61,201 nucleotides of DNA from Edaphobacter sp. (lineage in GTDB: Bacteria; Acidobacteriota; Terriglobia; Terriglobales; Acidobacteriaceae), in contig NZ_DATKQC010000198.1 of assembly GCF_035532915.1 (NCBI RefSeq), positions 1 to 61,201 on the forward strand, written 5' to 3'. Numbering within the stretch: position 1 is the stretch's first letter; each line of letters starts with the position of its first letter. A model generated the notes under the pieces. The model worked only from the letters and a program-made list of their open reading frames with translations, did no database searches and was not told the DNA's origin. The translations under genes and the position numbers were made by a program. Shown piece by piece: positions 1 to 10,595 of this stretch.

Positions 1-2
1 TG

Positions 3-1013
3 CTCGGCGAAGGCATCCGCCGTCGCAGTCGCGGCGAGGACGCGGTCATAGGAATCGTTGAAACACACGGACGCCATGCAACCGCAGAACTGGCCGCCAA
101 GCTTGAGCAGGTTCCACGTCGAGAGATCGACTACAAAGGAACCCTGTTCGCGGAGATGGACGTCGATGCGATCCTCGCACGCATGCCGCAGGTCGTTCTG
201 GTCGATGAACTGGCGCACACCAATGTGGGAGGCAGCCGGTTTGCCAAGCGATACGAAGACGTTCTGCTCCTGTTGGACAACAAGATTGATGTCCTGAGTA
301 CGATCAACATTCAGCATGTAGAAAGCCTGGCATCACGAGTGCAGGCGCTGACCGGAATCGCGGTGCGGGAGCAGGTTCCCGATTGGGTGCTGGATCGTGC
401 GGATGAAATTGTGATCAGCGATCTGACACCGGAAGCACTTGTCACGCGCATGCGCCGAGGCGATATCTATCCCATGGACAGAGTGGAGCGGTCGCTGTCC
501 AATTTTTTCCGCCGCGGCAATCTCATCGCCCTGCGCGAAATGGCTCTCCAACGGGTTACGCGCGCGGTCGATCGCACTCTCGACGATTATGTGAAACGCA
601 AGCGACTCGGGGCGCATTGGACCGTTGCAGAGAAGATTGCCGTCTGCATCAGCTCCGGCACACAGGCGCGTGATCTCATCGCACGCGGCGCCAGGCTATC
701 GGATGCGCTCAATGGTGAACTCTACGTTTTGCATGTGGCGAGCGAACTCGACTCAGATTTGAAGCACAAGCAAACGCTGGAGTCCAGCCTGCAGTTTGCA
801 CGGAATCTCGGAGCAACTGTAGTGACCCTCAATGGCAGTGATACCGCTCGTGTCACCGCCGCTTATGTTCGCGAGCATCGGATTACGCAGGCGATTGTGG
901 GTCGCTCCACGCTGCATGGGCTGCGTAAATATCTCTATTACCTCGCTATACAGAAGTTCATGTCTGAAGCCCCGAACGTGGATCTGCACATCGTCACGAA
1001 GGAGAGCCATTGA
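3..1013 (+). CDS. kdpD: KdpD sensor-domain plus USP-domain protein without transmembrane or histidine-kinase part (5'-partial)
   Basis: Frame is open from position 3 (LGEGIRRRSRGEDAVIGIVETHGR...). KdpD motifs VLVDELAHTN, STINIQHVESL and FFRRGNLIALRE, then a USP-like C-terminus. Stop overlaps the kdpE start. Confidence 0.9.
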   Translation, partial: LGEGIRRRSRGEDAVIGIVETHGRHATAELAAKLEQVPRREIDYKGTLFAEMDVDAILARMPQVVLVDELAHTNVGGSRFAKRYEDVLLLLDNKIDVLSTINIQHVESLASRVQALTGIAVREQVPDWVLDRADEIVISDLTPEALVTRMRRGDIYPMDRVERSLSNFFRRGNLIALREMALQRVTRAVDRTLDDYVKRKRLGAHWTVAEKIAVCISSGTQARDLIARGARLSDALNGELYVLHVASELDSDLKHKQTLESSLQFARNLGATVVTLNGSDTARVTAAYVREHRITQAIVGRSTLHGLRKYLYYLAIQKFMSEAPNVDLHIVTKESH

Positions 1014-1729
1014 AACGGATTCTTGTAGTAGATGACGAACGGCAGATCACGCGCATGTTGCGCGCTTCGCTGCAAAGCAGCGGGTATGAGGTACTTGTGG
1101 CTGGCAACGGTGCGGAAGCTTATACTCGCTTCGAAGCTGACCGTCCGGACCTGATCATCTCTGATCTGGCCATGCCTGAGATGACCGGCCTCGATCTCAC
1201 ACGGGCCGTGCGGCGAATCTCACAGACTCCGATCATCGTGCTTAGCGTTCGGGACACGGACGCCATGAAGATCACGGCCCTTGACGAAGGGGCCGACGAC
1301 TATCTGACGAAGCCGTTCAGTATGCCAGAGTTGCTGGCTCGTGTTCGCGCTCAGTTGCGTCGTGCTGCAGAGCCTGTCGCCACAGAAGCTCATATCGAGA
1401 CCGGAGATTTCGTCATTGATGCCGACGCGCACACCGTATCGGTGCGAGGTCAGGCAGTTCACCTCACGCCAAAGGAATTCGATTTACTGCTTCACTTTGC
1501 CCGTGCCCCGCGCCGTGTGCTGACCCACAAGGTCCTTCTACGGGCCGTGTGGGGGCCCGGTGCGGAAGATCAGCCGGAGTATTTGCGTGTCCTGATCGCC
1601 GGGTTGCGAAAGAAGATCGAATCCGAAGTGGGGCAGAAATACATCCACAGCGAACCGTGGATTGGATATCGCTTCGCGCCTGAAACGGACGCGCCGCTCA
1701 GCCTGGCAGACGAACTTACGAATTCTTAA
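1010..1729 (+). CDS. kdpE: OmpR-family response regulator KdpE
   Basis: Receiver domain (ILVVDDE, DLAMP, GADDYLTKPF) plus winged helix (LTPKEFDLL, YLRVLIAGLRKKIE). Lies between kdpD and kdpFABC. TTG start. Confidence 0.93.
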   Translation: MKRILVVDDERQITRMLRASLQSSGYEVLVAGNGAEAYTRFEADRPDLIISDLAMPEMTGLDLTRAVRRISQTPIIVLSVRDTDAMKITALDEGADDYLTKPFSMPELLARVRAQLRRAAEPVATEAHIETGDFVIDADAHTVSVRGQAVHLTPKEFDLLLHFARAPRRVLTHKVLLRAVWGPGAEDQPEYLRVLIAGLRKKIESEVGQKYIHSEPWIGYRFAPETDAPLSLADELTNS

Positions 1730-1752
1730 CACCTTTTCTACGGACTTTCAAC
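1713..1752 (+). promoter_or_regulatory. Putative KdpE binding array: four imperfect heptamers at 11-bp period
   Basis: AACTTAC 1713, TCTTAAC 1724, TTTCTAC 1735, TTTCAAC 1746. Helical-period direct repeats are typical of OmpR-family sites, and these lie upstream of kdpFABC. Confidence 0.5.
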
Positions 1753-1907
1753 GCCTTTGAGCGCTTCAATGCTTCTTGAGGGCAGCATGAAAATTCCTTT
1801 CGTCACTCGCGCGGCGTATCAACGCCTTCTCTCCAATCAAACTTTTTTCGGTCAGTGTCTCTGGCACGTTCACCTGTGCCAGGACCAACGGTAACCGGAG
1901 GTCTCCT

Positions 1908-2006
1908 ATGTCAGATGTGCTAGTTCTCGTCTCACTCGTACTGCTGTTCGCTCTCGCCATGGCTTATGTGCTGGGATGCGAGCGGCTGAAAGGAAAGCAA
2001 TCATGA
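1908..2006 (+). CDS. 32-aa single-TM peptide upstream of kdpF (not in ORF track)
   Basis: GGAGG at 1897-1901, ATG 1908. MSDVLVLVSLVLLFALAMAYVLGCERLKGKQS. Stop overlaps the kdpF ATG (ATGA). Confidence 0.75.
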   Translation: MSDVLVLVSLVLLFALAMAYVLGCERLKGKQS

Positions 2007-2089
2007 TTCTCAACTCTCTGTTGCTTGTTATTTCGGCTGCCATTCTTGTCTACCTCGTCTACGCGCTTCTGCGTCCGGAAAGGTTCTGA
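2003..2089 (+). CDS. kdpF: K+-transporting ATPase subunit F (28 aa; not in ORF track)
   Basis: MILNSLLLVISAAILVYLVYALLRPERF carries the canonical YLxYALxxPERF ending. Its stop overlaps the kdpA ATG. Confidence 0.93.
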   Translation: MILNSLLLVISAAILVYLVYALLRPERF

Positions 2090-3852
2090 TGTCACTCAAT
2101 GGCTGGCTCCAGATTTCTGTTTTTATCGTGACTGTTCTGCTGCTTGCGCAGCCAATGGGCAGGTACCTCACCCGCGTATTCAGCCACCGCAAGACATGGC
2201 TTGATCCGGTGCTCATCCCATGTGAGCGTTTGCTCTATCGCATCACGGGTGTAGATTCCGATCACGAGATGCGCTGGACCGAGTACGCAGGCGCGACACT
2301 TCTCTTCAGCGCGGCAACGCTCGTCCTGACCTACGCTGTCGAGCGACTGCAGCACCTGCTGCCACTCAATCCGCAACATCTTCCCGCGGTCGAGTCCGCT
2401 CTCGCATTCAACACTGCCATCTCATTTACAACGAACACAAATTGGCAGGCATATACACCCGAAACCACAATGAGCTATCTGACGCAGATGCTTGGGCTCG
2501 CCACCCATAACTTCTGGTCTGCGGCGGTTGGCATGGCGCTCGCCATGGCTTTCGTTCGGGGCATCGCCCGACGCGAGTCCAAGACGCTGGGTAATTTCTG
2601 GGTGGACGTCACGCGGGCCACACTGTGGGTTCTGTTGCCCCTCTCCATCGTGTTCTCGCTGGCTTTTTTGTCCCAGGGCGTCGTGCAGAACTTCCGCCCG
2701 TATGACACCGCCAGGCTGATGGAGCCGCAAAAAGTTACCGGACTCGACGGCAAAACGACGATCGTAACGACACAGACTATTGCACAGGGCCCTGTTGCCT
2801 CACAGGAAGCTATCAAGATGCTGGGCACGAACGGCGGAGGCTTCTTCAACGCAAATAGTGCGCATCCTTTTGAAAATCCCACCCCTTTATCCAACTTCCT
2901 CGAGATGCTTGCCATTTTTCTGTTGCCCGCGGGACTTGCGCTCTGTCTAGGAGAGATGGTGGGCTCGCCGAAACATGGGTGGGCCGTGCTGGCGGCCATG
3001 GTGGTGCTGTGGTTTGTCGGCACGCTCACCTGTTACTGGGCGGAATCGCAACCCAATCCGTTGCTGCATGGTGTCGACCAGCAGACTTCACTGATGCAAT
3101 CCGGAGGAAATATGGAGGGCAAGGAAGTCCGCTTTGGCATAACCAACTCGGCGCTCTTTGCCACCGTGACTACGGACGCAAGTTGTGGCGCCGTCAACAG
3201 CATGCATGACAGCTTCATGCCCCTCGGTGGCATGGTGCCGATGGCCAATATCCTGCTCGGGGAAATTGTCTTTGGAGGGGTGGGAGCGGGACTGTACGGG
3301 ATGCTCGTTTTTATCGTGATGACGGTCTTTATCGCGGGGCTCATGGTTGGTCGAACTCCGGAGTACCTTGGGAAAAAGATCGAGTCGTATGACGTTCAGA
3401 TGGCCATGCTGTATCTGCTTATCTTTCCATTCATCATTCTTGGATTTTCAGCAATCACCTTGCTGATGCCGAACGTCGGCCTAAGCAGCCTCGCCAATCA
3501 TGGGCCGCACGGCCTTTCCGAAGTCTTATATGCCTATACCTCCGCGACCGGGAACAACGGCTCAGCTTTCGCAGGATTGAATGCCAATACTCACTGGTTC
3601 AACTACTCACTTGCAATCGCGATGTTCTTCGGCCGTTTCATGATGATCGTGCCGATGCTGGCGATCGCCGGAAACCTTGCTGGCAAAAAAATCGCCCCGA
3701 CTTCGTCAGGAACTTTCCCCGTGACCACACCATTGTTCACGATGCTGCTGATCGGCGTGATTGTGATTGTTGGCGCTCTCACATTCTTTCCCTCGCTGAG
3801 TCTCGGTCCCATTCTCGAACATCTGCTGCTGCGTGCTGGGCACGCCTTTTAG
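2089..3852 (+). CDS. kdpA: K+-transporting ATPase subunit A
   Basis: SFTTNTNWQAY, KMLGTNGGGFFNANSAHPFENP, MEGKEVRFG and NNGSAFAGL motifs. Confidence 0.98.
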   Translation: MSLNGWLQISVFIVTVLLLAQPMGRYLTRVFSHRKTWLDPVLIPCERLLYRITGVDSDHEMRWTEYAGATLLFSAATLVLTYAVERLQHLLPLNPQHLPAVESALAFNTAISFTTNTNWQAYTPETTMSYLTQMLGLATHNFWSAAVGMALAMAFVRGIARRESKTLGNFWVDVTRATLWVLLPLSIVFSLAFLSQGVVQNFRPYDTARLMEPQKVTGLDGKTTIVTTQTIAQGPVASQEAIKMLGTNGGGFFNANSAHPFENPTPLSNFLEMLAIFLLPAGLALCLGEMVGSPKHGWAVLAAMVVLWFVGTLTCYWAESQPNPLLHGVDQQTSLMQSGGNMEGKEVRFGITNSALFATVTTDASCGAVNSMHDSFMPLGGMVPMANILLGEIVFGGVGAGLYGMLVFIVMTVFIAGLMVGRTPEYLGKKIESYDVQMAMLYLLIFPFIILGFSAITLLMPNVGLSSLANHGPHGLSEVLYAYTSATGNNGSAFAGLNANTHWFNYSLAIAMFFGRFMMIVPMLAIAGNLAGKKIAPTSSGTFPVTTPLFTMLLIGVIVIVGALTFFPSLSLGPILEHLLLRAGHAF

Positions 3853-3866
3853 GAAGCTAAGAATTT

Positions 3867-5906
3867 ATGTCTATGCACGGTCATCGCAGCTCTCTCTTCA
3901 ACGCCGACATCGTTCGCCGAGCACTCATCGATGCTCTGGCCAAGCTAAACCCGCGCACCATGATGCAAAACCCCGTGATGTTCGTCGTGGAGATTGGAAG
4001 TGCGCTCACCACAGTGTTGCTGTTGGTCAACGCCGCGACACATAAGGGACACTTCGGTTTCAACCTGCAGATCACGCTCTGGCTATGGTTCACCGTCCTG
4101 TTCGCGAACTTTGCGGAAGCTATGGCCGAAGGCCGTGGTAAAGCCCAGGCCGATGCACTTCGGCAGGCCAAGTCTGAGACCTGCGCCAACATGCTTGTGG
4201 AAGGTGTTGTGCAACAGATTCCCAGTTCCCGGCTACGCGTCGGCAATATCGTGCGCGTCTCTGCAGGCGACATTGTTCCCGGCGACGGCGAAGTCATCGA
4301 AGGCGTCGCTTCCGTGGACGAGTCCGCCATTACCGGCGAATCGGCACCCGTAATTCGTGAGGCCGGAGGGGACCGTTCTGCTGTGACAGGGGGCACGCGT
4401 GTTCTCTCCGACGTCATCACCGTGCGCATCACGTCCAATCCTGGCGAGACCTTCCTCGATCGCATGATTGCGCTGGTCGAAGGAGCGGAGCGGCAGAAGA
4501 CCCCCAACGAGATTGCGCTCAATATTCTTCTCGCGGGCCTCACAATTATTTTTCTATTCGCTGTCGTGACGCTGCAGCCTTTTGCCATCTATTCCGGCGC
4601 GCCGCAGACGATCTTCGTGCTGATTGCGCTGCTCGTCTGCCTTATCCCAACCACGATCGGAGGCCTACTCTCGGCGATCGGTATTGCAGGCATGGACCGC
4701 CTGGTGCAGCACAATGTGCTTGCCACCTCGGGACGCGCGGTCGAAGCTGCAGGCGATGTGAACACGTTGCTCCTAGACAAGACGGGAACAATCACTATTG
4801 GCAATCGCCAGGCTGCCGAGTTCATTGCCGGGCCGGGCGTCAGCACAGAGCATCTGGCCGATGCCTCACAACTCTCGTCGTTGTCGGATGAAACGCCTGA
4901 GGGCCGTTCCATTGTCGTACTTGCCAAGGAACAGTTCAACCTGCGTGGCCGCGAACTCGCCTCTCTCAATGCGAAGTTCGTCCCGTTTTCCGCCACAACG
5001 CGCATGAGCGGCATCGAGGTGGACGGCCGAAGCATCCGCAAAGGCGCAGTCGACGCCATCACTCGTTATCTGGAAGAGCACAATTCGCATATGCCAGTTG
5101 AAGTGCGTAACAGCGTAGACACAATCTCGCGCAGTGGAGGAACACCACTGGTTGTGACGGAGAATGGGCACGCACTCGGAGTCATTCACCTGAAAGATGT
5201 CGTGAAAGGCGGCATGCGCGAGCGTTTCGAACAACTGCGGGCCATGGGCATTCGCACCATCATGATCACCGGGGATAACCCACTCACAGCAGCGGCGATT
5301 GCACGCGAAGCAGGCGTCGACGATTTTCTGGCGGAAGCTAAACCCAAGGACAAGATGGATCTCATCCGCCGCGAGCAGGCAGATGGCAAGCTTGTAGCCA
5401 TGACCGGAGACGGAACGAACGACGCCCCGGCGCTTGCACAAGCCGATGTCGGCGTGGCCATGAACTCGGGCACGCAGGCGGCAAAAGAGGCCGGCAATAT
5501 GGTCGACCTCGACTCGAACCCAACCAAGCTGATCGAGATTGTCGCCATCGGTAAACAACTGCTCATGACGCGTGGCGCGCTCACCACCTTTTCTATATCC
5601 AACGATGTGGCCAAGTACTTTGCCATTATCCCGGCGATGTTCGCAGGCGTTTTCCCGGTGCTGAACGCCTTGAATATCATGCACCTGCACAATGCGGAGT
5701 CGGCCGTTCTCTCCGCCGTTATCTTCAATGCGTTGATAATCGTCGGCCTCATACCTCTTGCATTGCGCGGAGTGGGGTACCGGCCTATCTCCGCGGCTGC
5801 CCTGTTGCGCCGCAACCTGTTGATCTATGGGGTCGGCGGTCTCATTGTTCCGTTCATCGGAATCAAGCTGATCGATATCGTGATCACAACCCTGCATTTG
5901 GCCTAG
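3867..5906 (+). CDS. kdpB: K+-transporting P-type ATPase subunit B
   Basis: DKTGT phosphorylation motif, [28 protein letters not shown]. Confidence 0.98.
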   Translation: MSMHGHRSSLFNADIVRRALIDALAKLNPRTMMQNPVMFVVEIGSALTTVLLLVNAATHKGHFGFNLQITLWLWFTVLFANFAEAMAEGRGKAQADALRQAKSETCANMLVEGVVQQIPSSRLRVGNIVRVSAGDIVPGDGEVIEGVASVDESAITGESAPVIREAGGDRSAVTGGTRVLSDVITVRITSNPGETFLDRMIALVEGAERQKTPNEIALNILLAGLTIIFLFAVVTLQPFAIYSGAPQTIFVLIALLVCLIPTTIGGLLSAIGIAGMDRLVQHNVLATSGRAVEAAGDVNTLLLDKTGTITIGNRQAAEFIAGPGVSTEHLADASQLSSLSDETPEGRSIVVLAKEQFNLRGRELASLNAKFVPFSATTRMSGIEVDGRSIRKGAVDAITRYLEEHNSHMPVEVRNSVDTISRSGGTPLVVTENGHALGVIHLKDVVKGGMRERFEQLRAMGIRTIMITGDNPLTAAAIAREAGVDDFLAEAKPKDKMDLIRREQADGKLVAMTGDGTNDAPALAQADVGVAMNSGTQAAKEAGNMVDLDSNPTKLIEIVAIGKQLLMTRGALTTFSISNDVAKYFAIIPAMFAGVFPVLNALNIMHLHNAESAVLSAVIFNALIIVGLIPLALRGVGYRPISAAALLRRNLLIYGVGGLIVPFIGIKLIDIVITTLHLA

Positions 5907-5914
5907 AGGAGATT

Positions 5915-6475
5915 ATGAAAAAGCACATCATTACTGCCTGCCTATACACGGTAGTTACGACAGTCCTTCTGGGTCTGGCCTATCCGCTGCTTATCACTGG
6001 ATTGGCAAGGCTGGCCTTTCAGAATAAGGCCGATGGCCAACTCATCGTCCGCAACGGAGAGGTCATCGGGTCGAAGCTGATCGGACAGCCATTCACCGGA
6101 GCAGGATACTTTCACAGCCGGCCATCAGCAGCCGGTGCGGGCTATGACGCCTCCGCCTCCGCAGGATCTAACCTGGGTCCCACAAATACACAACTCGTCA
6201 ATCGGGTCGAAGCCAGTGTGAAAGCAGAGAGCTCAGACGTTCCGGTGCCCATTGACCTTGTCACAGCCTCTGGCTCCGGGCTGGACCCGGACCTCAGTCC
6301 GGCTGCTGCTCTGTATCAGGTACCCAGGGTCGCTCGCGAGCGTGGCCTGCGTGAGGCTATGGTCCGCCGCGTTGTGATGGATACGATCACGCCACGGCAA
6401 TTTGGACTCTTCGGTGAGCCCAGAGTAAACGTGCTGTCGCTCAACATGGCGCTCGAGAAGATGAAAGCACGGTAA
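5915..6475 (+). CDS. kdpC: K+-transporting ATPase subunit C
   Basis: N-terminal TM, GSKLIGQPF, YFHSRPSA, VTASGSGLDP, GEPRVNVLSLN. Confidence 0.97.
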   Translation: MKKHIITACLYTVVTTVLLGLAYPLLITGLARLAFQNKADGQLIVRNGEVIGSKLIGQPFTGAGYFHSRPSAAGAGYDASASAGSNLGPTNTQLVNRVEASVKAESSDVPVPIDLVTASGSGLDPDLSPAAALYQVPRVARERGLREAMVRRVVMDTITPRQFGLFGEPRVNVLSLNMALEKMKAR

Positions 6476-6898
6476 TTCTGCCAGACTTTTCGTTTGCTGT
6501 CTTGCGCTGGTTGAGTTTCAAAGTTCCGCTATGGTTAGTATCGGCAAGTCGGGGGTAGGAACGTGGGGGCATTCCCTGTATGGCCCAAACACTGATGGCT
6601 CCAACTGGCGCTAACAGGCCTTACCGTTACTCGAAGTCTCGGGGAAGAGACATCCCAAGCGGTCGTTCACCGGTTCCTGCGGATTCTGCTTACGTCCGAG
6701 GTAATGTTAGGTGTCAAAACGGAAGCGTGACCTGCCAACGAGTCTGTTGGCCGGTGTCATGCCTATCCCTTCTGATTCGTAGGGTCGAAGCAGGACCATG
6801 GGTAGTTTGGATTCGTTATAGTCAGTGAGCCAGCGGTCAAAGGTCTCGCGGGCGCAGGATCACAACGGTCGGGCTAAAGAAGAGGGAGGTTAGTTGAA

Positions 6899-6940
6899 TA
6901 AAAAAGTCCCAGAGCACCTGACCCTCCAGGTGCTCTGGGA
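6899..6940 (-). terminator. Intrinsic terminator of the TonB-dependent receptor gene
   Basis: Perfect 14-bp stem TCCCAGAGCACCTG/CAGGTGCTCTGGGA with a 6-nt loop. The A-run at about 6900-6905 is a U-tract on the minus strand. Confidence 0.85.
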
Positions 6941-6954
6941 AGTGGAGGTAACGT

Positions 6955-9900
6955 TTAGAAGAGGATCCGGCCACCAACCTGGATGATGCGGTTGCTGCCT
7001 CCGCTGCCGGTGATTTGGCCGAAGGTCGAGCTGTTCATCGCGGTTGACGGTGTGCCCAGATTGGTCAGATTGAAGACATTGCTGATCTCACTGCGAAACT
7101 GAAACCTGAACGATTCGTGAATGTTGAAGGACCGGAATAGCGACGCGTCAACATTTCTATAACCGGGATCGTCAAGTTGTGCGGGACGGGTGTTTCCAAG
7201 CAGGCCCAAAGGGCCGACGCCTGGGCAACCGGCATCGACACCGGGCCTGCAATAGGCCGTCTTATCGAACCACTGCTTCATCTCGGCGCTGCGCGAACGG
7301 CTGGTGATGGTGTGAGGAGTTTTGCCTGGCGCTACACTCGGGCGATTGTTGCCAAGGCCAGAGAAGTAGTTGTCGTTGCCGGTGGTTACGGTGAAGGGCT
7401 GACCGCTGTTCGCGGTCCAGATGCCGCTAACGGTCCAGCCATTCAACGCGGTTTTGACAAACCGATTGTAGTGGTCGAAATAGTCGGGCTTCCAGACGAA
7501 GGACATCGTCATCATGTGACGGCGGTCCTGGTCTGAACGCTGGCCATATTCGAGTTGCGGATAGTTTGAGTCGACAAAGGTTCCGTTCAAACCGCTGGTG
7601 CTGTCGAGGGCATTGCTTTGCAGGGTTTTGCTCCAGGAATAGTATCCCTTGGCGCTGACGTGGTGGGTGATGCGCTGCTCCAATGTGACTTGCAGACCGT
7701 TGTAGTTGGAGTTCTGGTTGGAGCGGATGATCCACACGTTGCTGTAGAGAGGAACAGTCGCCGACGCGCCAAACATAGAGTTGAGAGGCCGACGGTTGTT
7801 GATGGTGCTTCTGCTGTTGTCATAGCCACAAGCCTGAGTTAGATCCTTGCAGCTTGCACCGCTGGTGCCGGTCGCGGTGATGTTGAACTGCGGTCCGTTG
7901 ATGTCGTTATACAGCGGCGACTTGCGGTTGAGCGAGCCGACGTAGTTCACGCTTAGGGCCAGGCTTCTCCCAAATTGCTGCTGGAAGCCGAAGTTCAATT
8001 GAATCGAGTATGGCCAGCGATAGTTCGGGTCGAAGGCCACGATCTGGTTGAAGGGTAAGAACGTTGCAGATCCTTGCTTGTAGTTGAAGGCCAGCTCTGG
8101 ATACGGATTGGAACCGGTAGGGAACTCGGTTGGGTCATTCGAGTATGGATGGGTCAAAGAAGTGACCTTGTTATAGCCGCTATTACGCACGGCGTAGGGA
8201 GCAAAGTTGGAAGGGAACTCCCATTCGTTGCCGGAGATACCGCCGAAGAAAAGACCGGCAGCGCCATGAAAAACCGTCCTGCCGGTCCCATAGGGATCGT
8301 AGGCAAAACCTACGCGTGGCGAGAAGTGATTGTTCGGCGTGTAGACTCCGCCGACAGGCACGCCGGGATCACCAGGGAAGAGCATCCCAAGGGGAGCAAG
8401 TTGGGGACCGGTTTTGCCGACGATCGAAACATTGGGGAAAGCGTGAGACTGTACCCCTGGCTTGAAGTTTGTCTGCATGTGCTGGGGATCGGTGGGAGCT
8501 TGCTGCCGGTCGTAGCGAATGCCAAGGTTAAGGGTCAGATTGGGTCGAATGCGCCAGTCGTCTTGTGCGAAAAGACCGTAGCTGTACCAATTGGCGTTCG
8601 CATAGAGTCCGGTGTCCTGTCCCATGCTGGCAGGAGTGCCTGCGAGAAAGTCCGACAAGCCGTTAGTCGTACGAGCGCTGCTGGCACCGTTAGTCGTGGA
8701 GAAGGTGAACGAGCCGTAATTGTTGAGTGAAGTAAGCTGGAAATCCTTTTCCAAACCTGCTTCGCCGCCCAGGTAGAGCGAGTGCTTGCCACGGGTCGTG
8801 CTCAGTACGTCACGAACACCATAAACGTTGGCGCCTGCCTTGGGGCCGGTGATCGCCTGGGTCAACGAAAATCCCTCTACTCCGCCGACACTGATATTTG
8901 AGAGCGAGGGTGTGCCAACAACCCCAAAATCCGAGCCGAAGTCGGCTAGCGTTTTTTTACTGGGATCGCCGCTCACTGGAATGCGTCCGCCATTCTGGCG
9001 CGTGTAGTTCACCCAGAATTGATTGACAGTGCGAGAGTTGACCGTCCAGACATCGCTGACGTTGGCATTCTGCTGCTTGTTGGCATAGTTAGAGTGCGAC
9101 CATGCTTGCGTGAAACCGCCGAGATTTTGGAGGATGCTGTAGTTCAACAGGAAGTAGCTCAGCGTTAAACGATGCGACGGCGTGATCTGATGATCGGTCT
9201 TGATTAGATATTCTTCGTTCTGTTCAGGCGTCGATTCGAGCACACGGTAGGTGTAAGGAGTATCCCCGGTACGGAAAGGCTGTTTGGCTTCTTTCTTCAG
9301 GGCTGTTGTGATGTAGTTCAGGATATTGACGGCGGTAGGATCGACTGAAGGAAGAGTGTTGTTCGCGTAAGGCTTGCGGGTCGCTGGATTGCAAACCAGA
9401 AATTTAAGGTTCTTGTTGTCTGCCGCGGAAGGCGTTTGGGTGCATGACGTGATGTCCGAAGGAAGGTTTTCAGAGAAATTTCCAGTAATTTGGGCTGCGC
9501 TTGGAAGATTGCCGCTGTTAGTGGCGGCGGTTCTGAAACGATATCCACCGAAGCTGCCAAAGAAGAAGTCTTTGTCGTGGCGAATTGGACCGCCAAGCGT
9601 GGCCCCAAACCGGTGCAGGTTGTACGGAGTTTTGACAGCATTCGCGCCAGCATTGTGACCCACTGCGTTGAAGTTTCTGTCACGGAAGAATTCAAAGGCT
9701 GAACCATGGAAACTGTTGGTGCCGTCTTTGGTAACGATGCTGACAACAGCCGCTGAATACTTGCCAACCTGGGCGCTGTAGTTGTTTGTGACTACATTGA
9801 ACTGGCTTACCGCGTCAGGATTGGGAACCTGGTTTCCGCTGTTACGGAGGCCGGTCATATTGAGGCCACCATCAAGGTAGTAGGAAACCTGCCCGACGAA

Positions 9901-10473
9901 GCCATCGGTCGAGCCATTGACCAGAACCTTGATCTCCTGATAGCCAAGGTTGTTGACTGTATCGACCTTCTGAACGCCAGGAACTAGTTGGAGGAGACGA
10001 TCTACGTTGCGGTTGACGAGTGGGAGATTATCGATTTCGACATTGGAGACCGTGTCGCCCAAAGTGGCGCTCCCCATATTGACGAGGGGCACATCACTGG
10101 TCACGTTGACTGTCTCCATCGCAGTGCCATTCTCCAGAGCAAAGTTCAGGGTGGCGTCCTGCATGACAGAAAGGACGATGCCAGTGCGTTCCAGCGTCTT
10201 GAATCCTGTTGCCGCAACGGAGATTTTGTAGGGGCCGACTGGGAGGAACTGGGCTCGAAAAGAGCCATCGTCCTTCGCCGTAATGGTGCGAGTGAAGTTT
10301 GTGTCAGTCTGGGTCATCGTGACTATCGCATGGGGAATGACCGCGCCGGTGGAATCGGAAATGGTACCAACCATGGTGGCTGTTGTCAGTTGTGCGTGGC
10401 CAGTCGTACTGAATGCCGCGAATAACAGCAGCAATAGAAGTTTCCAACCAGTGGAACGTAGGGTCGTGCTCAT
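6955..10473 (-). CDS. TonB-dependent receptor with N-terminal carboxypeptidase-regulatory-like domain (Oar-like)
   Basis: 1172 aa. Signal peptide, GTISDSTGAVIP domain, plug (LPLVNRN...LVPGV), FAQDDWRIRPNLTLNLGIRYD, C-terminal RIIQVGGRILF ending in Phe. Confidence 0.93.
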   Translation of the reverse strand: MSTTLRSTGWKLLLLLLFAAFSTTGHAQLTTATMVGTISDSTGAVIPHAIVTMTQTDTNFTRTITAKDDGSFRAQFLPVGPYKISVAATGFKTLERTGIVLSVMQDATLNFALENGTAMETVNVTSDVPLVNMGSATLGDTVSNVEIDNLPLVNRNVDRLLQLVPGVQKVDTVNNLGYQEIKVLVNGSTDGFVGQVSYYLDGGLNMTGLRNSGNQVPNPDAVSQFNVVTNNYSAQVGKYSAAVVSIVTKDGTNSFHGSAFEFFRDRNFNAVGHNAGANAVKTPYNLHRFGATLGGPIRHDKDFFFGSFGGYRFRTAATNSGNLPSAAQITGNFSENLPSDITSCTQTPSAADNKNLKFLVCNPATRKPYANNTLPSVDPTAVNILNYITTALKKEAKQPFRTGDTPYTYRVLESTPEQNEEYLIKTDHQITPSHRLTLSYFLLNYSILQNLGGFTQAWSHSNYANKQQNANVSDVWTVNSRTVNQFWVNYTRQNGGRIPVSGDPSKKTLADFGSDFGVVGTPSLSNISVGGVEGFSLTQAITGPKAGANVYGVRDVLSTTRGKHSLYLGGEAGLEKDFQLTSLNNYGSFTFSTTNGASSARTTNGLSDFLAGTPASMGQDTGLYANANWYSYGLFAQDDWRIRPNLTLNLGIRYDRQQAPTDPQHMQTNFKPGVQSHAFPNVSIVGKTGPQLAPLGMLFPGDPGVPVGGVYTPNNHFSPRVGFAYDPYGTGRTVFHGAAGLFFGGISGNEWEFPSNFAPYAVRNSGYNKVTSLTHPYSNDPTEFPTGSNPYPELAFNYKQGSATFLPFNQIVAFDPNYRWPYSIQLNFGFQQQFGRSLALSVNYVGSLNRKSPLYNDINGPQFNITATGTSGASCKDLTQACGYDNSRSTINNRRPLNSMFGASATVPLYSNVWIIRSNQNSNYNGLQVTLEQRITHHVSAKGYYSWSKTLQSNALDSTSGLNGTFVDSNYPQLEYGQRSDQDRRHMMTMSFVWKPDYFDHYNRFVKTALNGWTVSGIWTANSGQPFTVTTGNDNYFSGLGNNRPSVAPGKTPHTITSRSRSAEMKQWFDKTAYCRPGVDAGCPGVGPLGLLGNTRPAQLDDPGYRNVDASLFRSFNIHESFRFQFRSEISNVFNLTNLGTPSTAMNSSTFGQITGSGGSNRIIQVGGRILF

Positions 10474-10595
10474 TTGGACCTGCCTCTCAATTTAAGGACT
10501 TATCTGCATCTGCGGAGCTGACCAGTCTGAACCGCCGGACATTGCTATCGCTGAGAGATGTATGGATTCAATCGGGATGCGTTCGAATCCTCTGA

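Noticed and set aside
1760-1907. c-di-AMP (ydaO) riboswitch in the kdp leader
   Set aside because: Only a 7-bp hairpin (CTGGCAC/GTGCCAG, 1861-1882) is visible and I could not find the ydaO consensus. An Infernal search would settle it.
6476-6898. 82-aa ORF or ncRNA between kdpC and the TBDR terminator
   Set aside because: No RBS, motif, repeat or convincing structure recognised.
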